A stretch of DNA of 64,000 nt from an uncultured Actinomycetota bacterium (lineage in GTDB: Bacteria > Actinomycetota > Actinomycetes > CAVPEL01), in NCBI GenBank assembly GCA_963703505.1, contig CAVPEL010000010.1, positions 206,214 to 270,213 of the forward strand, in the 5' to 3' direction. Each line of letters begins with the position of its first letter. Positions within the stretch are counted from its first letter, which is position 1. The translations under genes and the position numbers were made by a program. The notes beneath the pieces are model-generated. The model had not been told where the DNA came from. It saw only the letters and a program-made list of their open reading frames with translations, and made no database searches. Below are positions 52,863 through 64,000 of this stretch, piece by piece.

Positions 52863-53342
52863 CTAGACGACCTGGTGGAGCCAGCGCACCGGGGCTCCCT
52901 CCCCCGCGCACCGGAACGGTTCCAGCTCGTCGTCCCACGGCGCGCCCAGCAGGCGGCCGATGCCGTCGCCGAGGTCCTGCCCCGACGTCAGCAGGGCCCG
53001 TAGCCGGTTCTCGGTGACGACCAGGTCCCCGTTGAGGGCGGTGGGTGCGTGGAAGAGGCCGAGGCTCGGTGTAAATGAGTGGCGTTCGCCGTCCGAGCCG
53101 CCGGTGGCGTCCTCGGTGACCTCGAACCGGACCGGCCAGCCCATCAACGCCGAGGCAAGGCGGCCCGCGGTGCCGGGCTCGCCCTCCCACGACGCCTCTG
53201 CCCGCACGGTGGGCGGGGCGGCCGGCTGCGGCGCCCAGTCCAAGCGGACGGGCACGCCGAGGACACCTGCCGTCGCCCACTCGATGTGCGGGCACAGGGC
53301 AGGTCGGGCGGAGTGGATGTACAGCACGCCGCGTGCGTTCAC
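52863..53342 (-). CDS. DUF3145 domain-containing protein
   Basis: GTG start. VNARGVLYIHSARPALCPHIEWATAGVLGVPVRLDWAPQPAAP..., 159 aa. Confidence 0.8.
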   Translation of the reverse strand: MNARGVLYIHSARPALCPHIEWATAGVLGVPVRLDWAPQPAAPPTVRAEASWEGEPGTAGRLASALMGWPVRFEVTEDATGGSDGERHSFTPSLGLFHAPTALNGDLVVTENRLRALLTSGQDLGDGIGRLLGAPWDDELEPFRCAGEGAPVRWLHQVV

Positions 53343-53495
53343 CGGGACCTCCAGGGTCGGACGAGGTTCGCCTTCCCCAGCGGCCTCACCCGGGCTGTGA
53401 TCACCTTCAGCCCCAGTGGGCACATTGTGCACCACGCGTACCACAAAGGGCCACCTTTTGCCGGCAGCCATTCCGGCGTGTGCGCCGGGTTCAGC

Positions 53496-54665
53496 TCAGC
53501 AGGCCAGGGCCGCAGTCCGGCGGGCGGCCCCACGCAGCGTCGCTGAGATCAGCGCGCCCACCGCGCGCGCCTCGGTCAGGAACCCATCGTGGCCGGCCGC
53601 GGACCTCACCACGGCGAGCCCGTCGCACCTCGGCAAACCCTCGGCCAGCTCGCGCTGCTGCGCCAGCGGATAGGCCCGGTCGGTATCGACGCCACCCACC
53701 ACCGCGTAGGCGCTGACCTGAGCCAGCGCCGCCGCCACGCCGCCTCGACCCCGGCCGACATCGTGCGCGTTCATCGCCTCGGTCAGCACCACGTAGGAGT
53801 TCGCGTCGAACCGGCGCGCCAGCTTGGTCGCGTGGTGATCGAGATAGGACTGCACCGCATAGCGGCCCCCGTCGAGCGGGTCCTCGCCCAGCTGAGCGCG
53901 GCGGCCGAAACGGACCGCCAGCTCGGCTTCGCTGCGGTAGGTCAGGTGCGCGATGCGGCGCGCCACGCCGAGCCCGGCATGCGGGCCATGGCCCGGCGGA
54001 GCGTCGTAGTAGTCGCCGCCGCGGAAGCTCGGGTCGGCGCGGATCGCCTCGACCTGGGTCCCGCACGAGCCGATCTGGTCGGCGGACGCGGCGGCCGCAG
54101 TCGCCAGCAACAGCACCGAGCGCACCCGGTCGGGGTAGCCGACCGCCCATTCCAACGCGCGCATGCCGCCCATCGACCCACCGAGCACGCTGGCCCAGGC
54201 GTCGATGCCGAGGGCGTCCGCCAAGGCCACCTCCACCGCGACCTGGTCGCGCACGGTGAGGAACGGGAACCGGCTCCCCCATGGTCGCCCGTCCGGGGCC
54301 GTCGAGGACGGCCCTGTCGTGCCCTGGCAGCCCCCCAGCACGTTGGGGGCGACGACGAACCAGTGGTCGGTGTCCAGCACGCGACCAGGGCCGACCAGAT
54401 CCGCCCACCAGCCCGCGGTCGGATGCCCCGGCTCGGCCTCCCCCACGACATGGCTGTCGCCGGTGAGGGCGTGCAGGACGAGCACAGCGTTGCTGCGGTC
54501 GGCAGCCAGCGTGCCCCACGTCTCGTACGCGACCCGAACGTCAGCCAGCGCACCGCCGGCTTCGAGAGCGAGCGGCCCGGGCACGTCGAGGAAGCGGCGC
54601 CGACCCGGGTGGTCCCCCTCCCGCCAGGCACCGCTGGCGGGAGGGGGGTTGGTGAAGGAGGTCAC
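53496..54665 (-). CDS. metX: Homoserine O-acetyltransferase
   Basis: [14 protein letters not shown]...[13 protein letters not shown]...DGFL. Intact. I chose the GTG start at 54665, just downstream of the metY stop. Confidence 0.9.
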   Translation of the reverse strand: MTSFTNPPPASGAWREGDHPGRRRFLDVPGPLALEAGGALADVRVAYETWGTLAADRSNAVLVLHALTGDSHVVGEAEPGHPTAGWWADLVGPGRVLDTDHWFVVAPNVLGGCQGTTGPSSTAPDGRPWGSRFPFLTVRDQVAVEVALADALGIDAWASVLGGSMGGMRALEWAVGYPDRVRSVLLLATAAAASADQIGSCGTQVEAIRADPSFRGGDYYDAPPGHGPHAGLGVARRIAHLTYRSEAELAVRFGRRAQLGEDPLDGGRYAVQSYLDHHATKLARRFDANSYVVLTEAMNAHDVGRGRGGVAAALAQVSAYAVVGGVDTDRAYPLAQQRELAEGLPRCDGLAVVRSAAGHDGFLTEARAVGALISATLRGAARRTAALAC

Positions 54666-54672
54666 AGCTACC

Positions 54673-56221
<1,549 letters not shown>

Positions 56222-56280
56222 GGGCCACACCCTAGCAGCCGAAGCCGGTGCCGTGGACAACCGATTCCGAACTGCCCCTG

Positions 56281-56628
56281 TCAGCTCTTCTTCTTGACCT
56301 GTTTTGGCGCCTTGACGGGAAGGGTGGCCGCATAGTCGTAGGACCGCCGTACCCACTGCTCCTGATCGGGCAGCGCCGCAGGCAGCATGAAGAAGCCACC
56401 CATCGCCCGGCCCGGCATCGGCTCGAAAGGCGCCCCGCCAGCGGCCAGCAGCTCGACAGCTGCGTCCGACGGGAGCTTCACAAAGAGTCCGGTCGCGTGA
56501 ACGCCGAAGAACATGTGTCCCCCCACCGTGCAGGTCGGACTGCCGAACACCAGCTTGCGAACCGCCGACGGCACGACATCGGCGAGGTGCTCGAACTGGG
56601 CCACCAGCTCCGCGGACGGCCGATCCAT
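56281..56628 (-). CDS. TfoX/Sxy N-terminal domain family protein
   Basis: MDRPSAELVAQFEHLADVVPSAVRKLVFGSPTCTVGGHMFFGVHATGLFVKLP... Its ATG overlaps the upstream stop (ATGA). Confidence 0.65.
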   Translation of the reverse strand: MDRPSAELVAQFEHLADVVPSAVRKLVFGSPTCTVGGHMFFGVHATGLFVKLPSDAAVELLAAGGAPFEPMPGRAMGGFFMLPAALPDQEQWVRRSYDYAATLPVKAPKQVKKKS

Positions 56629-57248
56629 CAGCGCGACGTGAGGACGTCGAGGCCCGGCCCGGACAGCTCGTCCAGCGCCATCGTGCGACCGGTGGTAGCG
56701 AGCAGGAGCGCAAGCGCAGGGCCCTCGACCACCGGCCCGGTACCCCGTGACCAGTCGATGTCCGTGGCCTTGAGGGTGAGCCCAGCGACCCGGTTCTTGC
56801 CGCCGACGATGGCATTGGACTTGGCGTAGAAGTCGATGGCTCTGGTGACCCACGGGAGCGGATAGTCGCGCCGGATCCCCAGCGGGCGGCGGATGTCTTC
56901 AGCGTGCACGATCGACTCTCCGAGCCAGCTGTCCTTCGGGCCTGGCGGTGAGGATGTCGACGCCTGTACCGAGCGGAACTCCGCCAGAGTCGCCTCGGGT
57001 CCACCGGCGGTTTCGGCCGCTACGTCTTTGTCAGCCATCTTCGAGAAGTTGAAGCCCGCAGCGGCGAACTTCCCGAAGAATTTCGGCGGGGTCATCTTGG
57101 CGGTCGCCACCTGGTGAGCGAGGACCTCATGAACGGTCCATTTGCTGCACAGCGACGGCGTCGCCCATTGCTCCGCCGTCAGGTTCGCCAGGTCGTCGGC
57201 GAGTGCCTTGCGCTCGGTGTGGATGGCAGTCCACGGACTCTCGGCCAT
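56628..57248 (-). CDS. Mycothiol-dependent maleylpyruvate isomerase family (DinB-fold, TIGR03083-like) protein
   Basis: MAESPWTAIHTERKALADDLANLTAEQWATPSLCSKWTVHEVLAHQV..., 206 aa. Confidence 0.75.
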   Translation of the reverse strand: MAESPWTAIHTERKALADDLANLTAEQWATPSLCSKWTVHEVLAHQVATAKMTPPKFFGKFAAAGFNFSKMADKDVAAETAGGPEATLAEFRSVQASTSSPPGPKDSWLGESIVHAEDIRRPLGIRRDYPLPWVTRAIDFYAKSNAIVGGKNRVAGLTLKATDIDWSRGTGPVVEGPALALLLATTGRTMALDELSGPGLDVLTSR

Positions 57249-57372
57249 GATCGTTCCTCTCGTCTCGGCCTATCGTGCCAGGCGATCGCGTTGACACTCG
57301 ACTGATGTAGGTGTGGCCTGGAGATGTTGACTTCGTAGCGCCGTGGCCCGCATCGCTCAAGGAGCGCGTGAC

Positions 57373-58065
57373 ATGAGCGACATCCCAGTTCTGGACCTCC
57401 CGATGAGCGAGGAGTACCGGGAGCACCGGGCGCGACTTGTCGCTGCCGAACGCGAGCTGCGCGACCATCGCGAGCAAGTAGCGGAGCTGCGGCGCGCGTT
57501 GCCCCCTGGTCCCGTCATCGATCAGCGCTACGTGTTCTTGGAGGGCGATCCCGATCTCGCGGTCGACGATCCGACGACCTATCACCAGACAACGTTCGAC
57601 GAGCTGTTCACGTCAGGCAAGGAGTCGCTCGTCGTCTACCACATGATGTTCGCGCCAGAGTGGGACCAGGGCTGTCGTATGTGCAGCATGTGGCTCGACG
57701 GGCTCAACGGCGTCGCCCGTCACATCGAGGAGAACGCCAGCTTCGTCGTGATCGCCAAGGCGGAGCTACCGGTGCTGCGCTCGTGGGCTAGGCACCGCGG
57801 CTGGACGAACCTCCGGCTGCTGTCCAGCTACGGCACGACGTTCAACCGTGACATGCGGGTCGAGGAACCGGACGGCGAGCAGATGGCCGGGGTCAGCGTC
57901 TTCACCCGGAGCAGCGCGAGTGGCCCGATAAGCCTCTTCTACACCGGCAGCCCCTATTACGGCGCGGGCGAGTTTCGGGGAATCGACCTGTTGTCCCCGA
58001 CGTGGCACGTGCTCGATCTGCTGCCCGGTGGCCGCGACGACTGGATGCCATCCGACGGGCACTGA
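57373..58065 (+). CDS. DUF899 (thioredoxin-like) domain-containing protein
   Basis: RBS AAGGAG. MSDIPVLDLPMSEEYREHRARLVAAERELRDHREQVAELRRALP...VVYHMMFAPEWDQGCRMCSMWLDG. Confidence 0.8.
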   Translation: MSDIPVLDLPMSEEYREHRARLVAAERELRDHREQVAELRRALPPGPVIDQRYVFLEGDPDLAVDDPTTYHQTTFDELFTSGKESLVVYHMMFAPEWDQGCRMCSMWLDGLNGVARHIEENASFVVIAKAELPVLRSWARHRGWTNLRLLSSYGTTFNRDMRVEEPDGEQMAGVSVFTRSSASGPISLFYTGSPYYGAGEFRGIDLLSPTWHVLDLLPGGRDDWMPSDGH

Positions 58066-58296
58066 GCCGCGCACGGCTCATTTCCTGACATCGCCAAACG
58101 CTCTTGGGTGAGGCGTGGGTTCGCGTTGCCGCGATACGCCCCTGCTCTCGCAATGCTGGCGTTTTCCTGTCCGCGCTAGTCCGATGGTTGGTTTTCCTCC
58201 CGCCGCCTTGGGCGCATGATCGAGGTATTCGATCCGGAAACGTCTGTGGCGCAGGCTGACGATGGGCTCGTCGGCTCCCGCCCGAGGGGAGCAACC

Positions 58297-58896
58297 ATGG
58301 CGTGGGACCTGGCGGGAACGTATTTCGAGCACTGCCCGTGCGGCATGGTCTGCCCCTGCACAACCTCCGGCCTCACGATGCCGGCGGACCAGGAGCGCTG
58401 CACCGTCGTCTTCGCGTTCCACGTGCAGCGCGGTGCCATCGACGGCCTCGAGGTCAGTGGCCGCACCGTGGTGCTCGTCGCGGACGCCCCGCGGTTGATG
58501 AGCGAGGGCGGCTGGAAGGTCGGCATGTACGTCGACCAGGCGGCCTCGGATGAGCAGTTCGAAGCCTTGTCGGCGGTATTCACCGGCCAGCGCGGCGGCA
58601 TCTGGGCCGTGGTCGCGCCCCTTGTCGGGGAGCTGCTCGGGGCCGAGCGGGTGCCGATCGAGTTCGTCGACGACGGCCGGACCCACCGCTTGCGGGTGGG
58701 AGACGCCATCGACATGGAAGTCGAGGACTGGATCCTTCCCGGCGGTGACGAAGTCGCCAAGCTGACGGGCATGACGTTCCCAGCCCCGGTGCTGACCCTG
58801 GCCAAGGCCACCAGGTCGCACGTGGACGCGTTCGGCATCCGGATGGACAGCCCCGGAACCAACGGCCACTCCGCCCCGTTCAGCTGGGCCGCGTGA
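58297..58896 (+). CDS. DUF1326 domain-containing protein
   Basis: MAWDLAGTYFEHCPCGMVCPCTTSG... An RBS (GAGGGGA) precedes the ATG at 58297. Confidence 0.8.
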   Translation: MAWDLAGTYFEHCPCGMVCPCTTSGLTMPADQERCTVVFAFHVQRGAIDGLEVSGRTVVLVADAPRLMSEGGWKVGMYVDQAASDEQFEALSAVFTGQRGGIWAVVAPLVGELLGAERVPIEFVDDGRTHRLRVGDAIDMEVEDWILPGGDEVAKLTGMTFPAPVLTLAKATRSHVDAFGIRMDSPGTNGHSAPFSWAA

Positions 58897-58906
58897 GCGC
58901 ACCCGC

Positions 58907-59680
58907 ATGAGCGCACCCACGTCCACCGCCGCGGTCCGGCGGGTCGGCCCTAGCGCCCTGGCCGTCCTGCTGCTTCTGGCGGCAGCGGCATGGGCCGGCA
59001 CGCTGGTGGTCGCCGCACACATGGGTGTCATGCCCGGCACCATGGGGTTGACGCTGCCGTTCTTCCTGGCCATCTGGCTGCTCATGATGGGCGCGATGAT
59101 GCTGCCGGGAGTCTCGCCAGTTGCGCGGCTCTACCTGCGCACCATGGGCGCTCGCCACCGGGGCCTTCGGACCTCAGGGTTCATCGCCGGTTACCTGCTG
59201 GTGTGGACGGCCGCCGGATTGCCGGCCTTCGCACTCGCCTGGCTGGCCGGCGACCTTGCCTCTGCTCACCCGACCGGCGCACGCGTGGTCGCCGTCGCGA
59301 CGTTCGTCGCAGTCGCCGCCTACCAGGTGAGTCCGTTGAAAGACGTCTGCTTGACCCACTGCCGCTCACCGCTAGGCCTGCTGTTGCGGTACGCCGGCTA
59401 TCAGGGCCGATCGCGCGACCTGCGGGTCGGTGCGCATCATGGGCTCTACTGCCTGGGGTGCTGCTGGGCGCTTTTCGCGGCCCTGCTCGCCATCGGCATG
59501 ATGAACGTTCTGGCGATGACCGCCGTGGCCATCGTGGTGACCATGGAGAAGCTCTGGAGCCGCGGTGTGATGCTGTCCCGGGTCCTGGCGGTCACCAGCC
59601 TCGCCCTCGCCGTGGTCGTGGCCGTGCACCCCGCCGTCGCCGCCGGGCTCTACCAGGCGCCGTCCGTCATGGGCATGTAG
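58907..59680 (+). CDS. DUF2182 domain-containing integral membrane protein (putative metal-binding)
   Basis: Polytopic. Contains LLMMGAMMLPG, CLTHCRSPLG and YCLGCCWALF. As I recall, it forms the commonly seen DUF1326-DUF2182 pair with the preceding gene. Confidence 0.8.
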   Translation: MSAPTSTAAVRRVGPSALAVLLLLAAAAWAGTLVVAAHMGVMPGTMGLTLPFFLAIWLLMMGAMMLPGVSPVARLYLRTMGARHRGLRTSGFIAGYLLVWTAAGLPAFALAWLAGDLASAHPTGARVVAVATFVAVAAYQVSPLKDVCLTHCRSPLGLLLRYAGYQGRSRDLRVGAHHGLYCLGCCWALFAALLAIGMMNVLAMTAVAIVVTMEKLWSRGVMLSRVLAVTSLALAVVVAVHPAVAAGLYQAPSVMGM

Positions 59681-59722
59681 CGACCCTCCAGATCGGCCCC
59701 TCGACGAGCCGCCGCCTCCGGG

Positions 59723-60496
59723 TCAGCCGACCCGCCCGCTGATGTAGTCCTCAGTGCGCCGCTCGGTCGGGTAGGAGAAGATCTGGCTCGTGGCGCCCGC
59801 CTCGACGAGGATGCCAGGCTGCCCGGGGCCGGCGAGGGTGAAGAAGGCGGTGACGTCGCTGACCCGGCTGGCCTGCTGCATGTTGTGGGTGACGATGACC
59901 ACGGTGTAGTGGTCCTTGAGCTCGCCGATGAGCTCCTCGATCGCCAGCGTGGAGATGGGGTCCAGGGCAGAGCACGGCTCGTCCATGAGGAGCACCTCCG
60001 GCTCCACGGCGATGGCCCGGGCGATGCACAGCCGCTGCTGCTGGCCGCCGGACAGCGCGTGGGCCGGCTTGTTCAGCCGGTTCTTGACCTCCTCCCACAG
60101 GTGCGACGAGGTCAGCGCACGCTCGACGACGTCGTCGAGGTGCTTGTGGCGGGAGCCGTTGAGCTTGAGCCCGGCGGCCACGTTGTCGAAGATCGACATG
60201 GTCGGGAACGGGTTCGGCCGCTGGAAGACCATGCCGACGATGCGACGCACCGCGACCGGGTCGATGTGCGGGTCGTACAGGTCCTCGTCGTCCAGGAGCA
60301 CCTTGCCGGTGATCCGCGCCCCGGGCAGCACCTCGTGCATCCGGTTGAGCGTGCGAAGCACGGTGGACTTGCCGCACCCCGACGGGCCGATGAGCGCGGT
60401 GACAGTCTTCGGCTCGATGGTGAGCGTGACGTTGTCGACCGCCTGGTGGCTGCCGTAGTAGCACGACAGGTCGCTGATCTCGATGCGCTTGGCCAT
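59723..60496 (-). CDS. pstB: Phosphate ABC transporter ATP-binding protein
   Basis: Walker [10 protein letters not shown], signature LSGGQQQRL, Walker B LLMDEP. 257 aa and intact. Confidence 0.95.
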   Translation of the reverse strand: MAKRIEISDLSCYYGSHQAVDNVTLTIEPKTVTALIGPSGCGKSTVLRTLNRMHEVLPGARITGKVLLDDEDLYDPHIDPVAVRRIVGMVFQRPNPFPTMSIFDNVAAGLKLNGSRHKHLDDVVERALTSSHLWEEVKNRLNKPAHALSGGQQQRLCIARAIAVEPEVLLMDEPCSALDPISTLAIEELIGELKDHYTVVIVTHNMQQASRVSDVTAFFTLAGPGQPGILVEAGATSQIFSYPTERRTEDYISGRVG

Positions 60497-60503
60497 GTGA
60501 GGA

Positions 60504-61373
60504 CTACCTCCGGGTGAGCGGGTCGTTGCGGGTGAGGAGCCGGGCGACGATGTACAGCACGACGACGACGGCGATGAGGGTCAGCGCCGCGGCCCACGCA
60601 CGGTTGACCGCGACGTCGAACGCGCGACCCGCCTGGTCGAAGACGAACAGCGGGAGCGCGGACTGGGTTCCGTGGAACGGGTCGTTGTTGATGAAGTCCT
60701 GGCCGAACGCGGTGAGCAGCAACGGCGCCGTCTCACCGGTGACCCGTGCGACCGCCAGCATCACGCCAGTGGTGATGCCGGTGCGCGCGGTCGGCAGGAC
60801 GATCGCGGTGATGACCCGCCACTTCGGGATGCCGAGCGCGTAGGCGGCCTCGCGCAAGCTGTTCGGGACCAGCCGGATCATCTCCTCGGAGGAGCGGACC
60901 ACGACAGGCAGCATGAGGATGGCCAGCGCCATCGCCGCGCCGAAGCCGGAGAACCCCTTGTGCAGCGCGAGCACCCAGAAGGCGAAGATGAACAAGCCCG
61001 CGACGATCGACGGGATACCGGTCATCACGTCGACGAGGAAGCGGATGGCGGTGGCGAGCGGGCCCCGACCGTACTCGGTGATGTAGATCGCGACGAGCAG
61101 GCCGAGCGGCACCGAGATGACGCTGGCGAGCAGCACCTGCTCGAGCGTGCCGACGATGGCGTGGTAGACGCCGCCGCCTGCGTCCAACGGACCGACGCCG
61201 GCCATGGAGTGGGTCAGGAAGTTCCAGCTGAACCGCTTCATGCCGCGTTGCACGGTGTAGCCGATGACGGCCACCAGCGGCACCATCGCGAGCGCGAACG
61301 CCAGGTACGCGGCGGTGGTGGCGGCCCTGTTGGCGATCGCACGCCGGCCACGGATCTTGCCCAAAGTGGTCAT
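60504..61373 (-). CDS. pstA: Phosphate ABC transporter permease PstA
   Basis: [11 protein letters not shown]... with an EAA-like loop ([21 protein letters not shown]). Its ATG overlaps the pstC stop (ATGA). The longer ORF in the track is read-through. Confidence 0.9.
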   Translation of the reverse strand: MTTLGKIRGRRAIANRAATTAAYLAFALAMVPLVAVIGYTVQRGMKRFSWNFLTHSMAGVGPLDAGGGVYHAIVGTLEQVLLASVISVPLGLLVAIYITEYGRGPLATAIRFLVDVMTGIPSIVAGLFIFAFWVLALHKGFSGFGAAMALAILMLPVVVRSSEEMIRLVPNSLREAAYALGIPKWRVITAIVLPTARTGITTGVMLAVARVTGETAPLLLTAFGQDFINNDPFHGTQSALPLFVFDQAGRAFDVAVNRAWAAALTLIAVVVVLYIVARLLTRNDPLTRR

Positions 61374-62335
61374 GCGCGCTGTCCCTGTCGACCAGCCGCC
61401 CGGTAGAGCACCGCGCGGGCGACCAGGTTGACGACGAGCGTCATGACGAACAGCACCAGGCCGCTCGCGATGAGCGCGGACCGTCCATGCGCCCCGGACT
61501 CGCCGAACTTGGTGGCGATGTTCGCCGCGATCGTGTTGCCGCCGGGGGTGAGGATGTGCCAGTTGATGGAGAAGCTCGTGCCGAGCACGAGCGCGATCGC
61601 GATGGTCTCGCCGAGCGCACGGCCCAGGCCCAGCATGATGGCGCCCATGATGCCCGGCCGGCTCACCGGCAGGACGGTCATCCGGAGCACCTCCCACCGG
61701 GTGGCGCCCAGGGCGAGCGCGGCTTCGCGCAGGCTCGGGTCCACCTGCCGGATCACCTCGCGGGAGATCGCGGCGACGACCGGCAGCACCATGATGGCGA
61801 GCACCACCGAGGCGGCGAAGATCGAGTTGCTCACCACGGCGGTCGTGCCGTTGGGGTCGGCGAAGATCGGGATCCAGCCGAGCAGCCGTGCCATGCCGTG
61901 CTGCACCGGCACCAGCGCGGGCACCAGGAAGAACAGGCCCCACAGGCCGTAGACGACTGAGGGGACCGCGGCCAGCAGGTCGGTCAGGTAGCCCAGCATC
62001 GTGGCGATCCGGCGCGGCGCGTAGTCCGTGATGAAGACCGCGACACCGATGGCCACCGGCACCGCCATACCGAGTGCGAGCACGCTGGAGATGACCGTGC
62101 CGAAGGCGAGCACCGCGATGCCGAACACCGCCGGCGTGTTGTCAGGCAGCCACTGCTTGGTGGTGAGGAATCCCCAACCTTGCGAGCGCAACGCCGGAAA
62201 GGCCTTCCAGATGAGGAAGACCGTGATGGCGGCGAGCAGGACGAGGACGATCAGGCCTGCCGCCAGGGTGACGCCCCGGAAGAACTCGACGCGTCGAGCC
62301 TTCCGGGGCAGCACCGATTGGGAGACAGCGGTCAC
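61370..62335 (-). CDS. pstC: Phosphate ABC transporter permease PstC
   Basis: 321 aa with REAALALGATRWEVLRMTVLP. Its GTG start overlaps the true pstS stop (GTGA). Confidence 0.9.
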   Translation of the reverse strand: MTAVSQSVLPRKARRVEFFRGVTLAAGLIVLVLLAAITVFLIWKAFPALRSQGWGFLTTKQWLPDNTPAVFGIAVLAFGTVISSVLALGMAVPVAIGVAVFITDYAPRRIATMLGYLTDLLAAVPSVVYGLWGLFFLVPALVPVQHGMARLLGWIPIFADPNGTTAVVSNSIFAASVVLAIMVLPVVAAISREVIRQVDPSLREAALALGATRWEVLRMTVLPVSRPGIMGAIMLGLGRALGETIAIALVLGTSFSINWHILTPGGNTIAANIATKFGESGAHGRSALIASGLVLFVMTLVVNLVARAVLYRAAGRQGQRA

Positions 62336-63439
62336 GAAAGGCCTTGGATCGAAGCACTGACCTGGCTGGCCAGAGCCGCGGGCAGCGGCGCGAAGCCGAG
62401 ACCGTCAGCGGACTGCTGGCCCTGACCGGCCGCGTACTCCAGGTAGCTCTTCAGCAGCGCAGCCCTTGGCGGCGTCCTTGTACTTGCTGCACACGATCAC
62501 GTAGGAGACGGTCGAGATCGGGTAACCGGCCGTGATGGCCGGGTAGTCGACCGTCCCGGCGAGGTCGCCAGCCGTGCCGGTGACCTTGAAGGACTCCAGT
62601 GCCTTGCTGACCGTGTCAGCGGTGATCGGCACGAAGTCGCTGCCGGCACCCTTGACCGAGGCCGTCGGCAGGTTGTTCGCCAGTGCGAAGGAGACCTCCG
62701 CGTAGGTGATGCCGCCCTCGGTCTGCTTGACACCGGCGGTCACTCCGTCGGAGCCCTTCTTGCCCTGACCGGTGGTCCACGGCAGCTCCTTGCCGCTGCC
62801 GAGAGTCCAGTCGGCGCCCGCGACGGCCTTCTCGAACGTGGAGAAGACCTGCGTGGTGCCCGAGCCGTCGCTGCGGTGGAACACGGTGATCGGAGTGGAC
62901 GGCAACGTGGTGCCCGGGTTCTCCGCGGTGATCGCCGCGTCGTTCCACTTGGTGACCTTGCCGTCGAAGATGCCGGCGAGCGTCTGCGCCGAGAGCTTGA
63001 GGTCCTTCACGCCCTTGACGTTGTAGATGATCGCCACGCCGCCGGCGGTGATCGGCAGCTGGAGGGCCGGGCTGCCGCAGGTCGCGTCCGCCTTGGCCTG
63101 CTCGGCGGGCTTCATCGTGACGTCGGAGCCGGCGAAGTCGACGGTGCCGCTGCCGAACTGCTCGATGCCCGCGCCGGAGCCCACGCCCTGGTAGTTCACC
63201 TGCGCGCCGGAGCACTTGGTCGCGAAGTCCTTGGACCACTGCTGCTGCATGTTCTGCTGGAACGTGGAGCCGGCGCCGGTCAGCGACCCTCCGGCGCAGG
63301 CCGGCGTGCCGACGATGTCGCCTGAGGCCGACGGCGTGGTGCCGCTCGCCGACGGACGTCTGGCGTCATTCGAGCAGGCGACCAGGGCCAGCATGCTGCC
63401 GGCGACGACGCCGACCAGTACCGCTCGTGAAACCTTCAC
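62332..63439 (-). pseudogene. pstS: Phosphate-binding lipoprotein PstS, one insertion near 62463 close to the 3' end
   Basis: RBS AAGGAGGA plus GTG. Lipobox LALVACS. Contains GAGSTFQ...GSGAGI...FHRSDGSGTT. After ...KYKDAAK the frame shifts; the corrected tail AALLKSYLEYAAGQGQQSADGLGFAPLPAAL... ends at TGA 62332. Confidence 0.85.
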
Positions 63440-63488
63440 GTGGTGCTTCCTCCTTGTGGGCACAGCGGTTGTTCCTACGGGGTGTTGG

Positions 63489-64000
63489 TCATGCCGGGTC
63501 GGCAGCGGCGCTGCCGTCGGCGAGAAAGGCGACCTGCCGCGCGACGGACACGGCGTGGTCGGCGAAACGTTCGAAGTAGCGACCGGCCAGGGCGAGGTCG
63601 ACCGCGGTGTCGACACCGTGCTTCCAGTCGGGGGCGAGCATCACCGCGAACAGCCCTCGCTGGAGGTCGTCCATGACGTCGTCGTCCTTGTCCAGCTGGA
63701 TAGCCCGGTCGCTGTCGGGCTTGGCCACCAGCTCGCCGGCCTTGGTGACGATCTGCGCCGCGACCTCGCCCATCTCCAGAACCTGGGCGCGAAGCTCCGG
63801 CGGCACCGCGCTTGCCGGGTACCGCAACCGGGCCAGCTTGGCGATGTTCGTCGCCAGGTCACCGGCCCGCTCGATGTCGCTGGCCATGCGCAGACCCGCG
63901 GTGAGGCGGCGCAGGTCGCCGGCGACCGGCTGTTGCCGTGCCATGACGTCGAAGATGCGGTGCTCGACGCTGGCACGCAGCGCGTTGACTGCCTTGTCGC
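63489..64000 (-). CDS. phoU: Phosphate transport regulator PhoU; N-terminus outside window
   Basis: ...DKAVNALRASVEHRIFDVMARQQPVAGDLRRL...DIERAGDLATNIAK...GRYFERFADHAVSVA. The frame is open to the window edge. Confidence 0.85.
   Translation of the reverse strand, partial: DKAVNALRASVEHRIFDVMARQQPVAGDLRRLTAGLRMASDIERAGDLATNIAKLARLRYPASAVPPELRAQVLEMGEVAAQIVTKAGELVAKPDSDRAIQLDKDDDVMDDLQRGLFAVMLAPDWKHGVDTAVDLALAGRYFERFADHAVSVARQVAFLADGSAAADPA

Noticed and set aside
58066-58296. Three TTTCCT(G/C) direct repeats in the lower-GC region upstream of the DUF1326 gene
   Set aside because: The hexamers are short, irregularly spaced and have no palindromic partner. They are plausibly promoter-region composition only.

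Overview
This is a very GC-rich actinobacterial core-chromosome segment. I call about 65 protein genes, RNase P RNA (rnpB) and one tRNA-Val(UAC).

Gene order resembles my recollection of the M. tuberculosis Rv2220-Rv2247 neighbourhood:
- glnE and glnA2, then panB
- the NIF3 / zinc-ribbon / RNase HI-CobC-like trio
- ahpE and aceE
- a PucR-type regulator followed by fabD-fabH-acpP-fabF-accD6

Other blocks present:
- an F420 block (fbiC, an Fno-like reductase, fbiB)
- nadE and map
- metY-metX
- DUF899/DUF1326/DUF2182
- phoU-pstSCAB
- a small stress-like cluster (ClC, CMD, YihY, DUF1269 and three SHOCT-type proteins) next to a large LuxR/LAL regulator

I found no mobile element, CRISPR array, prophage, defence island or secondary-metabolite cluster.

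Best novelty candidate: a 33-codon upstream ORF with 7 Met and 4 Cys codons, followed by a 12-bp terminator hairpin, in the leader of metY-metX. This looks like a Met/Cys-sensing leader-peptide attenuator.

Other points worth a second look:
- a lysine-less BCCP-like domain fused to or overlapping the end of fabD
- an RNase HI fusion whose phosphatase domain has lost its catalytic residues
- a shared TCACCC-N5-GGGTGA palindrome in the stress-cluster promoters, with a related one upstream of the LuxR gene
- palindromes between the PucR regulator and fabD

Major caveat: my manual frame tracing finds at least about 60 single-base frameshifting indels, mostly G/C insertions. They sit in patches (RNB nuclease, aceE, fabD-accD6, metY). 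Long neighbours such as glnE, fbiC, nadE and the LuxR gene stay intact. I read these as unpolished assembly errors, not real pseudogenes. Affected genes are typed pseudogene only to flag the broken frame.

All calls rest on reading the sequence and recalling protein families. No searches or computations were run.
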